This document shows, piece after piece, positions 26,290 through 39,011 of a stretch of 64,000 bases of DNA. The position numbers and the translations under genes were made by a program. The notes beneath the pieces are model-generated. The model did not search any database, had not been told where the DNA came from, and saw only the letters and a program-made list of their open reading frames with translations. How positions within the stretch are numbered: the first letter of the stretch is position 1; each line of letters opens with the position of its first letter. The DNA comes from Octopus sinensis (lineage: Eukaryota), in the NCBI RefSeq assembly GCF_006345805.1, contig NC_043013.1:55924001-55988000 (forward strand), given 5' to 3'.

Positions 26290-26892
26290 TCATCAACAAA
26301 GTAAAGCTCTTGCCTGTATTCATATGCCTCCTTTAAGATTGAGTGCAGTTTCTTACTCTGTTCATTTTGTCTTACCAGCTGTATCATCCTTTTAGTGTTA
26401 CTTTGAATTTACACTTGAAGGCCTACCATGGTCGTTTTATAGGATGTTTCATGCTAGATTAGGCCTCTGTTGCCTTCCTTTCATGGAGGACAGAGCCTGT
26501 GGATGTTTGATTTTGGGTGGTGCATCGTGTTTAGTGTCAGCACTTACCTGGTCTTTATTTCCTTACACTGGAGATCACATAGATTCCAACTGATGGCATT
26601 AAGGCTACACTGGACACCAACTGGTACCGCCAGCGAGTTTATGGCTGCAATTCTATTCTGAGAGTCCAGCTCAGTATTCAGGACTGTTCTGACACGCCTA
26701 TGATACTCTTTCCTGATCTTCTCTTTCATTTATCCATGTTGAATCCCCTTCTCTTTGTGTATTACAAGATATTTATAGAAGCCTTCTTGGTCTAGGTCCT
26801 TGATAAATGTATCATGATCAAGCTGAATTAGATACCATTTTATCACTTTTGAGCAAAGCTTTTGCACATTTGTCAAAGCCAAATTCCGTATT
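26290..26892 (-). mobile_element. R4/Dong-like fragment (post-RT region), decayed
   Basis: MKEKIRKEYHRRVRTVLNTELDSQNRIAAINSLAVPV matches ORF 60298-61236. The 5' end abuts (ATT)n at 26893-26950. Confidence 0.85.
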
Positions 26893-26893
26893 G

Positions 26894-26950
<57 letters not shown>

Positions 26951-26952
<2 letters not shown>

Positions 26953-27170
26953 GGTGGTGATCAAGCAGAATCATTAGCACACTGGATAAAATGCTCACCA
27001 GTATTTTGCTTGTCGCTATGTTCTGAGTTCAAATTCCACCGAGGTCGACTTTGCCTTTCATCTTTTCAGTGGTCAATAAATTAAGTACCAGTTATGCACT
27101 GGGGTCGATGTAGTTAACTAATCACCCACCAATATTCCAGGCCTACTATTCCATTTAGTAGAAAGGATTA
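26951..27170 (+). mobile_element. Family B SINE
   Basis: aaggtggtgatcaagcagaatcattagc...ttctgagttcaaattccaccgaggtcgactttgcctttcatc; follows (ATT)n. Confidence 0.8.
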
Positions 27171-27189
27171 TTATTATTATTATTTTTTT

Positions 27190-27335
27190 TTTTTTTTCCT
27201 TATCTTTCAGTTCTGTTTCCATTTCTTGCTGAGTGTCTTCCTGACACCTAGGGCAGAGAAATGTACTGTATACATTGGTAGGTTATTAAAATAAACACAC
27301 CAAATTGTTCATATACAAAGTCATGTGATAGAGCA
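27190..27335 (-). mobile_element. R4/Dong-like 3' UTR fragment next to (ATT)n
   Basis: ccatttcttgctgagtgtcttcctgacacctagggcagagaaa...tatacattggtagg matches 59592-59660. Preceded by ttattattattattat. Confidence 0.7.
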
Positions 27336-27504
27336 AAAGGGGAAGAAAGAGAGAGAGAGAGAAAAAGGAAAAAGATTAAAAAAAGTAAACCAAGAAAATA
27401 AAGGGTGGAAAAAAAAAAGGAAAGAAAATTCACAGCAACACTTCTCAGTCTGTGTGATGTAGCAGTTAAGCTAATCTTTTGCACTTACTGCATGGATGGT
27501 AAGC

Positions 27505-27690
27505 CATGGATCATCATCTGTAGCCATAAAACTGGTTTGGTAAGACTACTTAGCGGTTCGGCAAAAGAGACCGATAGAATAAGTACAGGGCTTACAAAGA
27601 ATAAGTCCCGGGGTCGATTTGCTCGACTAGAGGCAGTGCTCCAGCATGGCCGCAGTCAAATGACTGAAACAAGAAAAAAAGAAAGAGAGA
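27505..27690 (+). mobile_element. Family A SINE tail
   Basis: cttagcggttcggcaaaagagaccgatagaataagtac...gcatggccgcagtcaaatgactgaaacaag. Confidence 0.8.
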
Positions 27691-28139
27691 AAGAGTGTCA
27701 GTCTGCTTCAAGAATCACTAAACCCTCCCCCCTCCCTCAACCTGCTCTACAAATATTTTAGTGTTCCAAGGAATAACAAAGGAATGGAAAATATGACACT
27801 GATTGTTTGCTGGTACCTGTGTGTGTGTGTGTGTGTGCAATTGTATGACACTGTGTTTGTGTGTGTACGTATGTGTACGCATAACTGTAATGAGACTCTG
27901 TGTGTTTGCGTGTGAGTGTCTGTGTATGTGTGCATAACTGTATGAGACTGCATTTTTGTGTGTGCGCATGTAACTGTATGAGACTCTGTATGTGTGTGTG
28001 CACGTGTACCTGTATGAGACAGTATGTGTGTGTGTGTGTGTATGTAACAATATGTAACAGTGTTTGAGTGTGTATGTGTGTATGCTGTTATCTATGTATG
28101 TTTGTGTAACAATACAAGATAATGCAATTGTCAGCTGGT

Positions 28140-28282
28140 ACCTGCTGGCACGAGGCCCAGAGGTAAGGGCCTTTGCTTTACAATCGTGATTTCGAAATCC
28201 AGCAGTGGAGCATCGTTACACACTAATCCTGCAGTCCACTCAACTGGCAAAAATGAGCTGTACCTGTAATTCCCAAGGGCCA
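28140..28282 (+). mobile_element. tRNA-derived SINE-like fragment (third family)
   Basis: A-box-like ggcccagaggtaaggg, B-box-like gatttcgaaatcc, then gcagtccactcaactggcaaaaatgagctgtacc. Confidence 0.5.
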
Positions 28283-28819
28283 GCCTTGTTCTTAAATAAT
28301 TTTCAGTTCCTTTTTTGATCATTCCAATCATTGCTATTGTAACCATCTTGAGATGTCACATCTTTTCGATTTCAATTAGCAACTTTTCTGAGATTACCAA
28401 ATTCTTTTGCCAAGATATTATGGTCGCAGGGTATTCTCATGTCAATCAATAAACGGATTTTACTGTTTTGGTCTTTCACAACAATATCTAGTTTCTTTGC
28501 CTTGATGGCATGCTCTGTACATACTGGAAAGTCCCAAACAATCATTACATTTTCTCCTTCAGTTACTGCCTCAGGGTGGTGCTTGTATTATTTGTCAGCA
28601 GTTTTGATTTTATGATGCCGACACATTATCCAGTGTAGACATTGGCCAACTCTGTCATGTCTTGATTTGTACTCTACAGGTGCTAAAACCTTACACCCAG
28701 AGATTAGGTGGTCCACTATTTCAATCCCATCATTACAGTATCAGCACTTTGGGTCTACATCATTTTTCATCACACTGGCTTGATAGTACCAGGTCAATAA
28801 GTTCTGATCTCAAGCAGCC

Positions 28820-28820
<1 letters not shown>
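28283..28820 (-). mobile_element. R4/Dong-like fragment (CCHC + RLE region), decayed
   Basis: Homologous to 59850-60380 (DPKC*YCNDGIEIVDHLISG, VTIAMIGMIKKGTENYL). The 5' end abuts (ATT)n at 28821-28875. Confidence 0.85.
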
Positions 28821-28859
<39 letters not shown>

Positions 28860-28884
28860 ATTATTATTATTATTGTATGAAGAC

Positions 28885-29175
28885 TGGTATTTATTCTGTC
28901 AGTCTCTTTTGCTGAACCACTAAGTTATGGGGATGGAAACACACCGACACCAGTTGTCATGTGGCGTGGGGTAGGGGTGGGGGACACAAACACAGACACA
29001 AAGACGCACATGTATACAATGGGCTTCTTTCAGTTTCCCTCTACCAAATCCACTCACAAAGTTTTGGTCAGCTGAGACTACAGTAGAAGTAATTTGCCCA
29101 AGGTTCCACACAGTGGGACTGAACCCAGAACCATGTGGTTGAGAAGCAAACTTCTTACCACACAGTAACACTGCA
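28885..29175 (-). mobile_element. Family A SINE
   Basis: Reverse complement of the family A head and centre. Confidence 0.75.
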
Positions 29176-29727
29176 CCTTGCTTTGAGTATTTGCCAAAGT
29201 ATAATGGACCCTACCATGGACAGTGTGTACCAGTCTCTAAAGCAGGTGATTTGAACATTACAAACTGCAGAGATGGGACCAAACTATTTTGATGAAGTGA
29301 AAAGCTTTAGAGTCACTGCTTCTTTCCTTATTATAAACACAGATTAATGACAGGTTTGTTACATGTGAAGGCATCATCATCATTATCATCATCATCACAT
29401 CCATCTTTGCGATCACAGCACCAGCATCACCAGTACAAATAGGACTACTACAGACACAACCAACACCACCACATGGCCACCGCAACCACAACCATCACCA
29501 CTGCCAACCACTGCAACCATCCCTACCACCTCCCTTTAATGTGGCATCGTCATCTCTTCCAAGATGTCCAACATCCTGAAATTGGATCTGTCCACTTCTT
29601 CTTGAGGTTTCCCTTGTCATAATTTCATTTCCGTCAGTAAATGACATTTTTTAACCAATTTTGTTGAATGCCATCTCATGGCCTCCATACCGACACAACT
29701 ACTTCTACCCACCTCTATACTCACGTG

Positions 29728-29761
<34 letters not shown>

Positions 29762-30520
29762 CACACACGTACACTCACACATACACATGCACACACACAC
29801 ACACACAAATGTGCACTCACACACACACACACATGGGCAATTGTACACACAGTACACACATGCATATACACACACATTCACACACATGCACACACACACA
29901 ATCACATGCACACACACACACACATGCAAACATACACACAGCACACACATGCATACATACACACACCCACATCAGTTGAGGATGAAAATCCCAGTCATTG
30001 CTGGTTCCTTTAGATTTGAAGAATGAGCTTCCATGTGGTTGCTAAACTTGCTTGGAATTGCTGCCAAATTTCCACAAACCTTCATAAAAAATAAAACGGG
30101 TGTATTGTAGAATGCAGCGTTAAATATACAGAAAGATGGGATGGTCATAGATGGAACGTCTTTGATGATGTCTATTCAAAAAGAGCTAGCCTAGGGTTAA
30201 AAAAACAATTACTGCATTGTCTACACCATACAAAATGACATTAACAACAAGTGAGTCTGATAAAGACTGGCCTAGGGCTAAACAGCAGCTACATGCTATC
30301 ACAACAACAGCAACAACAAAATATGCTTTACACATTCGCCGTTCAGTTGGCCTTTGTACAACCAGTCTTTATATATCCTACATCATATTGAACAGAAATA
30401 ATTGAAACCACTACAAGATATATACAGAAGATTGGCAGGTTTGTAGAGACTCATTCACATGTGCACACACACACGAATAGATGTAACTAATTGTGTGTAC
30501 AAATATATATGCATTTATGT

Positions 30521-30576
<56 letters not shown>

Positions 30577-31589
30577 ATATATATATATACATACATACAT
30601 ACATACACACATGCATATATATATATATAAATTAATTAAAATATAAAACCATGAGAAAGTAAAACATTTATAAATAGATTTACAATCTACCGACTAAAAT
30701 TTTGACCACCTTATACAGAATTTAAACAACATTATTTATTATAAGTCTCGAAAACAGAGTTTGTCTGTGTGTGTGAGCATATGTTCCTTATGGATTCAAA
30801 AACAAGGTCAGATTGCACAATTTTGTGGTCTTTAGCTAAGGGAGGCAACTCTGCCTGAACAATCTTTATGTTTTAGATAGAAGATAATGAGAAATCATTT
30901 AAAATACATGAAATTTTACCAGGGAATGAAACTTTGAAGATATACCAGCAACTTTATTAATATTATTCAGCAGATAATCTTTTAATGTGAAGTATGTCTG
31001 TGTTTTGTTTAGCCCAGAGTTGTCTCCAATGCAGAAGACCCATCGCATGCATTTTTTCTTTTCTTCCTGAAATACTGTACATCTGTGTCTTTTGATGAAA
31101 GGGTGTGTTTTAAGAGAGCTTTGGCTGTCATTTGTAGTAGCTCAAGTTACCACAGAGACACCTATGTGTGTGTATTGTTGTAGTGAAAAAGTTACACAAT
31201 ACTTTTTTTTAAAGAAATCTGGACACCTTTCTTCCTGCGAACCATTCAACTTCAAATTACAAGTGTTAATTGTTGGAAACTAAGTAGACTGAGAGGTACA
31301 TGTATGGTTATCGTACAGAGGGTAAGCTCAATATGAAGTTTTCAACTCATTATCTTGTGGTCAGTAATCCGTTGCCTTAAATTTGAAGCCATTAAGCCTT
31401 TAAACATTATTTTACTGGGTTTAGTCTTTCGACTGTTGCCATGATGGGGCATCACCTTCAAAAATTTAATTGATCATACTAACCTCAGTACGTATTTCAA
31501 CCTGACATTTATTTTATAGATCCCTGCTTGATGAACTGCTAACTTTAAGACATAGTGGGGAACAATACTCGATTTAGCAACAAATGGAA

Positions 31590-31765
31590 ACACATATTAG
31601 GAGCGAGGAGTGTGGTTGAGAAATTTGCTTCCCAGCCACATGGTTCCACGTTCAGTCCCTCTGCACAGTACCTAGGGCAAGTGTTTTCTACTATAGCCCT
31701 AGGCCAACCACAAACTTGTGACTGAATTTGGCAGACAGAAACTGCATCGTTGGTCATCAGAAAAT
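31590..31765 (+). mobile_element. Family A SINE head, diverged
   Basis: ccacatggttccacgttcagtccctctgc...gggcaagtgttttctactatagccc. Confidence 0.7.
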
Positions 31766-31922
31766 GACCGGAAAACATGTTTATAAAGATGAGTTGATTG
31801 CTTCATACTCCTTGTGTGCCAATTGGGCTCATAAGAAAGGAACAAATAGTACAATGTGGCTGTAGATCGTAACATCCGGGCAATGGCAAGGTGCATTGCT
31901 AGTATATATATAAATACAAATA

Positions 31923-32150
31923 AGGTGGTGAGCTGGCAGAAACGTTAGCGTGCCAAGCGAAATGCTTAGCGGTAGTTCGTCTGACGTTACGTTCTGAGTT
32001 CAAATTCCGCCGAGGTAGACTTTGCCTTTCATCCTTTCGGGGTCGATAAATAAAGTACCAGTTTCGCACTGGGGTCAATGTAATCGACTTAATCCCTTTG
32101 TCTGTCCTTGTTTATCCCCTCTATGTTTAGCCCCTTGTGGGCAATAAAGA
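31923..32150 (+). mobile_element. tRNA-type SINE, family B (best copy)
   Basis: aggtggtgagctggcagaaacgttagc...ttctgagttcaaattccgccgaggtagactttgcctttcatcctttcggggtcgataaataaagtaccag. Paralogs at about 11158-11345, 11395-11560, 13120-13335, 14090-14270 (-), 26951-27170, 34530-34690 and 43083-43290. Confidence 0.85.
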
Positions 32151-32277
32151 AATATATATATAAATACAAATATACATACATGTAAATATACATATGTATG
32201 ATAATATGTGTATAAATATGAATACACACACACACATACATACTCATGTATGTACATATATATATATATATATATAT

Positions 32278-32328
<51 letters not shown>

Positions 32329-32995
32329 TAGATATATAGATATACATAAATGTATACATACGCAAATGTACACACCACTCTGTTTTGTTAATCTTTTTGC
32401 CAGAGCGGAAGGCAGTTTCCCTGATTGTTTTACAGAGCGTCCAAGATTGGTAGGAGGGAAAGTGGGAGGAAGGAGGCATCCTTGCAAGTGAGTGGAGTCA
32501 GCTAGAATCAACCACAGTGCCAGGTAATGGTGTAAAACCAGATGACAGATGGAAAAGTTTACTTGGAGCCAGATGAGAGGAGTTGGAAGAAGAACAGAAA
32601 AGCATCCAGCTGGGCATTCTTGCTCTTCCTCCACCATTACAGTTTGGTACATTTTTGTCATCTGTTCTTGGCAGGATTTGAAGTCAGACAGCAGAGATTT
32701 GGAACAAATACTGCCAAGTGTTCTATTTGTCAGTTGGCTGCCAGTTTTATCACATTCCATATTGTATTTCCTCTTGACAAACCAAGATGAGTTGGTGTAG
32801 TAAAGTTTTGGCCAATGTGTTAAATCTGGATAAACAATTCTAGTCTGTACTGCAATGGTAAAGGAAATAGTGACTAATATCCTAATATGGTGAGAAATAA
32901 GAGATACAGAGATGATGAGAGATAGAGATGAATATAAAGAGCAGAAAGTGAGAAAGAGAGAGATAGAGAATATGTGGGGGAGTGAATGTGTAATG

Positions 32996-33030
<35 letters not shown>

Positions 33031-33033
33031 GTT

Positions 33034-33078
<45 letters not shown>

Positions 33079-33894
33079 AAATCTCAACTCATTTAATGGA
33101 GAAAACCAATGAGGGATAACAGGTGGAAAAAAATCCAAATGTCAGTTAACGATAAAGAATTTATTACATCCTTCCTGGCATTTAAAAGAATTTATTGTTA
33201 ATAAATCCCTCAAAGAGAAATTTGTAATGCCAAGAATAACTTCTGTTATGAATCACAGATCTTTTAAACTTAATCCTGCGTTGTATCACAAATGAGTTCC
33301 TACATTCTTTAGATTCACACCAAAACAAATTAGCCTCAAACCATTAATTATATCAAGTTATTACTAATGCCATTATTATTTGGAAGGTTATCAGTTTGGA
33401 CAATGTTTCTAGCAGAGACAAAAAAAGCAAAGCAGATGTGCTTCTAATTTGTATGGGCAACAAATATTATGCATTAGAATTTTTAAAATGCCTCAACTAT
33501 ATTAATATTTAATAAGTAGAGATTCTGATGTGACAGAAAAATCTGTTGTCAGTCATGCGAACATAGTTTTGCAATATAGTTTTCCAAATGCTTCAAGAGA
33601 ATTTCTTAGATTGCTTTAAATACACTTTTGAATTTTATTGTATTTTATTTTATTTTATTTTTGGATTCCAATGTGAGTATTTGGTAGAATTGCTAAAGCA
33701 CCATGTGAAATGTCTTTCACTGTTTCTTGAGTTCAAATCCTTTCTTGGGTTGATGAAGTAAAGTAACAGTCAATCACCAGAGTGCAGATAATCCATGAAC
33801 ACTTCCCTTCAGATTGGCAGCTTTGTACCTTTGTCAGAAGCAACTGTTAATATTTTTCCACAAGTAAAGGTGGTGATGTGGCAGAATCGTTAGT

Positions 33895-34520
33895 AGGTGC
33901 AAGAGTGGCTGTGTGGTAAATAGCTTGCTTACCAACCACATGGGTCCAGGTTCAGTCCCACTGTATGACACTTTGGGCAAGTGTCTTCTACTATAGCCTC
34001 GGCTGACCAAAGCCTTGTGAGTGGATTTGGTAGACAGAAACTGAAAGAAGCCCCTTGTGGGCAATAAATAGATAGAGAGATAGATAGATAGATATACATA
34101 AATATATACATATGCGAATGTACACACCACTCTGTTTTGTTAATCTTTTTGCCAGAGCGGAAGGCAGTTTCCTTGATTGTTTTACAGAGCCTCCAAGATT
34201 GGTAGGAGGGAAGGTGGGAGGAAGGAGGCATCCATGCTTCCCTCCTCCACCCTTGTGGGCAATAAAGAAATAAGAAACTGAAAGAAGCCCGTCATATATA
34301 TGTGTGTGTGTGTGCGTGTATGTGTTTGTCCACCCCAGCATCGCTTAACAACCGATGTTGGCATGTTCATGTCCCCGTAGCCCCCAGCAGTTTGGCAAAA
34401 AAGACCGATAGAATAAGTACTAGGCTTACAAAGAGTAAGTCCTGGGGATCAATTTGTTCAACCGAAGGCAGTGCTCCAGCATGACCACAGTCAAATGACT
34501 GAAACAAATAAAAGACAAGA
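33895..34520 (+). mobile_element. Family A SINE carrying a ~220-bp internal insertion
   Basis: Head at 33895-34053, insert at 34054-34272 flanked by the 18-bp direct repeat agaaactgaaagaagccc, tail to 34520. Confidence 0.8.
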
Positions 34521-35849
34521 CAAAGTATTTAGCCAGCATTTCGTCTGTGTTCTGAGTTCAAATTCCACCGAGGTTGACCTTGCCTTTTATCCTTTTGAGG
34601 TCAATAAAAAAATACCAGCTGAATATTAGGGTCAGTGTAATTGATCTACTTCCTCCCAACCAAATGACTGGCCTTGTGCCAAATTCTGCAGCTAATATTT
34701 TTCCCCAAATGCATCTCAAATAGAATGATTTGAGCAACACCAAAATTTCAAAGAAGAGAATGTATTACATTTTTCATTTTTACTTCAGATGACAAATCAA
34801 TTATTATCCAAGCAGTTAACGAGATGCTGATGGTGTTCCCTGAAGACACAATATTTAATATCAATTTAGATAAAAAATAGTTCAACTAACGAAATATAAA
34901 TTACTTCCACTTTGTTTTCGTCCAACAGAAACTAAAAGGCCTTGAAAATCCTTCCTGTCATAGTCTTATATATTTTCCCATATTGAATGTCAACAACACA
35001 AAAGTTGACAGATGGCAGCCATCTTAAAAGAAAATTTTTTGTTTCTCTGCTGCTAAGATTTCAAGATTTCTTAATTTAATTTTTTCTAATCCTCTTAAGA
35101 ATACATCCGTCAGTGCTAATCACTCTGTTTATGTAAAGCAATTATAAACATGTTAATTGGCAGGTAATAAAAGTATAAGCTAATCCTGATTGATGGTGTT
35201 TTATTGCTGTTTGTGGTACTTAGAGATATGACAACCATCTTCTTTCATTTCTACAGGTGAAAGGGAAAGTTTATATCATGTTATACATGGAAGACAAGGA
35301 AACCAACTTTCTCAACACATTCTAAATGATTAATCCTTCAACTTATTGTTTAAGGGACAAATTAAACAATATTTTTCCCCCTGATTTCCTTTGTCTGTCT
35401 GTATTTTCATTTCCATTACTATGAAAGATTATACAGCTGATATTTTTCTCTTTCTGAGACATATGTATAAAGACAAATGTATAAAGATAAAGCACTTTTG
35501 TTGTTTCTTAATGTCTATAGTCAAACCATTCATTTCTTAATTGCACAATTAGAAGTAAGCAATTCACATTCAGAAAGTTCTTGCTAGAATCTTCTAGTTC
35601 TGAGAGTCAAAAACGTGTAGAAATTGAAGCAGTTGAAAAAGTTTCGTTCTGTGCGAAGATTAACATGAAATCCTAAAGTGTTGTTTTGAACAATAGCAAC
35701 TAAACTATTCCTGGTTGTGTTTACTGAGTAAACAGACAGAAGAATGAATCCCTGAGCAAATACCCTTAAAAATTAATTAAAGTATTGTAGTGTTGCCTCA
35801 TATTTCCTTAGAAAATGTATAAAACTTTAAAAAAATTTACTCAACAGAA

Positions 35850-36073
35850 ATGTCTTTTGTCTTTAACTTGTTTCAGTCATTCGACCATGGCCATGCTGGG
35901 GCAGTGCCTTGAAGAACTTTTGTCACGAATCAACCCCAATTCTTTCTTTTTTTTAAACTTGGTATTTATTCTATTCACCACTTTTCTCTTTTGCTGAACC
36001 GCTAGGTCATGGGGATGTTAACAAACCAACACCAGTTGTCAAACAGGGAAGGGGGGGATACATAAATACAGTG

Positions 36074-36110
<37 letters not shown>

Positions 36111-36255
36111 CAACAGGCTTCTTTCAGTTTCCATCTGCCAAATCTGCTCATAAAGCTTTGGGTGGGCCAAGACTACAGTGGAAGACACTTGCCAAAGGTG
36201 TCACATTGTGAAACTTTATCCAAAACCATGTGGTTAGGAGGCAAGCTTCTTATCT
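35850..36255 (-). mobile_element. Family A SINE
   Basis: Reverse complement of the full family A pattern with an internal (CA)n linker. Confidence 0.75.
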
Positions 36256-37059
36256 CACCCAACTGCTCCTAATATTAAACACCTCAAAGCATATTCTTTT
36301 TAGCTTCAGTCGACCATTAGGTTCCATTCCTTCTGGACAGCACCATCACAGGTTTCAGATGGTCACACACTGATTGGTCTCATGCTTAATTCATCAATTG
36401 GGACTATTTTCGTTTACATTCCTTGATGAATTATGCAAGAATAGGTGTTATTATCAATCCTTTGATCAATTCCATGTGTGTGGAATTAGTTAAATGGAAA
36501 CTGTGCTGAAGCTTTTTGCCTGTATAACCCTTACCGGGGTTCACAGCCTCATACTAGAACATGTTTGCAGAACATCCTGTAAAGTGTTGTTATTCCATAT
36601 TTGTCTGCTTGTTTCACTTATCCAAGAGAAATAAGGAAAAATCTCTGCCAACAAAAATAGACGGTCTTCAGGTTTAACACTCTTCAGATGTTCCATCTTG
36701 TGAATAAGTGTACACAGACACATCTCAGAGTTTAAGTATTTTTTAATAATTATTCCTGACTTCTTTATATACATACATATATTCTTTCATATATGTATAT
36801 ATGTAATATATATATATTCATATATCTCTCTCTCTCTTTCGGAGAGGCACAAGCACCTACACGCACATATACACACACGGCAGTAACTTCCACCTACCGA
36901 ATTCAATCACAAAGCTCCGGTCAGCTCGGGGCTATAGTGGAAGATACCTACCCGGAGTGCCACGCAGTGGGACTGAACCCGAAACCATATAGCTAGAAAG
37001 CAAGCTCCCTAACCACCTCAGAACACAAACGACGCAAAGACACCGTAGGAAGAGAATAT

Positions 37060-38670
37060 ATATACACACACACACACACATACATACATATGCACATACA
37101 TACATACACACATACATACACACATACATACATACACACATACATACACATATACGAACATACACATATACATACACACATACACACACACACACACATA
37201 CGTACATACATACTTACATACATACATGCACACACACACACATGCACACATACACGTATGCACACACATGCATACACACGCACACGTTTACACGCATGCA
37301 CACATACATATATTTGTATCCAGGCGCATGCTTTTTAGTTGAGGGATTGATGGAGTTTGGTTTTTTTGGTGTGGGTGTTTGTGGGTCCGAGCGCGTGCGC
37401 GTTGGCCCGCGCCCGAGGTGCGGCCGGCCCCATATGCGTGCGTTGTGTTTTTGTGTGTTGTGTGTGTGTGCGTTCGTGTGTGTGTGTGTGTGTGTGTGTG
37501 TATACATACGTACATACATACATACATGCATGCACGCGCGCACACATACATACCTACATACATACACGCACACACACTTACACACATACACACATACATA
37601 CCTAAACACATACACACATACACACACATACACACACACACGCATACATACACACATACACGCATACATACATGCATTCATACTTTCATTCATACATACA
37701 TACACAAACACAAGCATACACATACACACACACGTACATACATACACACATACATACACACATACATATATACACACACGCATACACGCATACATACACA
37801 CACATACATACACACACATACATACACACACATATACGCACATACACATATACATACACACATGCATACACACACACATACATACGCACATGCATGCATA
37901 CATACATACATTCACACACACACATACACACATACATGCATGCACACATACATACATACACATACACATACACGCATGCATACATACATACATACATACA
38001 CAGACACACATACATACATACATACATACATACACATACATACACACTTACACACATACACACATACATACATACACATACACACATACACACACATACA
38101 TACATATGTACACCAAAACATGCGCACACATACGCACACACACACACACAAAAAAGAAACTCACAGCCCCACGGATACACACATATACATCCATTTACGC
38201 TTACACACACAGACATACAAACGCACACATACACGCACACACAACTACACGCACACACAACTACACGCACATACATACACACGCACACGCACACACACAA
38301 ATGAACCCACACATACATCCCATATGGCACACAACCATACATACACGCACACACATACATACACACACACAATTATACATACGTATATATACACACACAC
38401 GCATGTACAAGCACACACGCACACATACACTAAGTGAAGTACAGTTACTCGCCATACACACAAAAAAACGCACACGTACACACACACATACTACAACAAA
38501 ACACACACACGATACATATACACGCACACACTCATACCTCCCTGTTTCTGACTGGCCTCTCTGACTTGCTAGGGTACCCCCACACTACTCCTTTAATTCT
38601 ACTACTGCCTGCTACTAGCCATTGTCCACCATACACACACATACACACACACGCACACACTCACACACAC
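37060..38670. repeat. About 1.6-kb degenerate (CA)n/(TACA)n expansion with an inverted GT/GC-rich patch at ~37335-37500
   Basis: Direct reading; source of the His/Thr/Tyr pseudo-ORFs of 350-440 aa. Confidence 0.95.
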
Positions 38671-38846
38671 ACCCTTGTCATCTTGCACACCTTTTTTACC
38701 ATTCCTTCTTTGATTCAGCTCTCTTGTTTTTAAAAACATTTTCCTCTTTTTTTACCACTTCCGTCTTTTTAGTATGTGACCTCGTAAAGACTACCTGCAA
38801 TTTTTTTTCCTCTGTACTTCCGTCTCGGGATCTTTGTTTCTCCTAT

Positions 38847-38881
38847 GTTTCCGACGAAGAGCTCCGCTCGAAATGTCAAAC
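38847..38881 (+). ncRNA. Minimal type I hammerhead-like motif (variant core), in a (TA)n-terminated dispersed repeat
   Basis: GTTT-CCGACGA-A-GAGC-tcc-GCTC-GAAA-T-GTC-AAAC: stem I GTTT/AAAC, core CCGANGA plus an extra A, stem II GAGC/GCTC, GAAA, vestigial stem III, GUC triplet. Confidence 0.55.
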
Positions 38882-38973
38882 CCTCCTTCTTCCCTTCTTT
38901 CCTGAGCGTACAATAATACTTTATTTGTTCCACATCCTTGCGTTGTTGTCTTTTTGTTTTCTTGTTTGGATTA

Positions 38974-39011
<38 letters not shown>

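Noticed and set aside
25975-26892. Twin-priming 5' inversion explaining the two opposed R4/Dong fragments
   Set aside because: The fragments converge (3' ends meet), whereas twin priming gives diverging segments; they are treated as separate or rearranged pieces.
36541-36774. 77-aa minus-strand ORF with protein-like composition
   Set aside because: No recognisable motif, and the obvious AG...GT exon candidate inside it has stops in all frames.
37335-37500. GC/CpG-rich patch inverted within the CA tract, as a CpG island or promoter
   Set aside because: It reads like a noisy (GT)n segment inside a long low-complexity tract, more likely an assembly or base-calling artefact or a local inversion; read support is needed.
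37242-38564. Long ORFs of 440, 352 and 277 aa rich in H/T/Y or C/V/M
   Set aside because: These are translations of (CA)n/(TACA)n repeats, which lack stop codons in several frames; there is no domain content.
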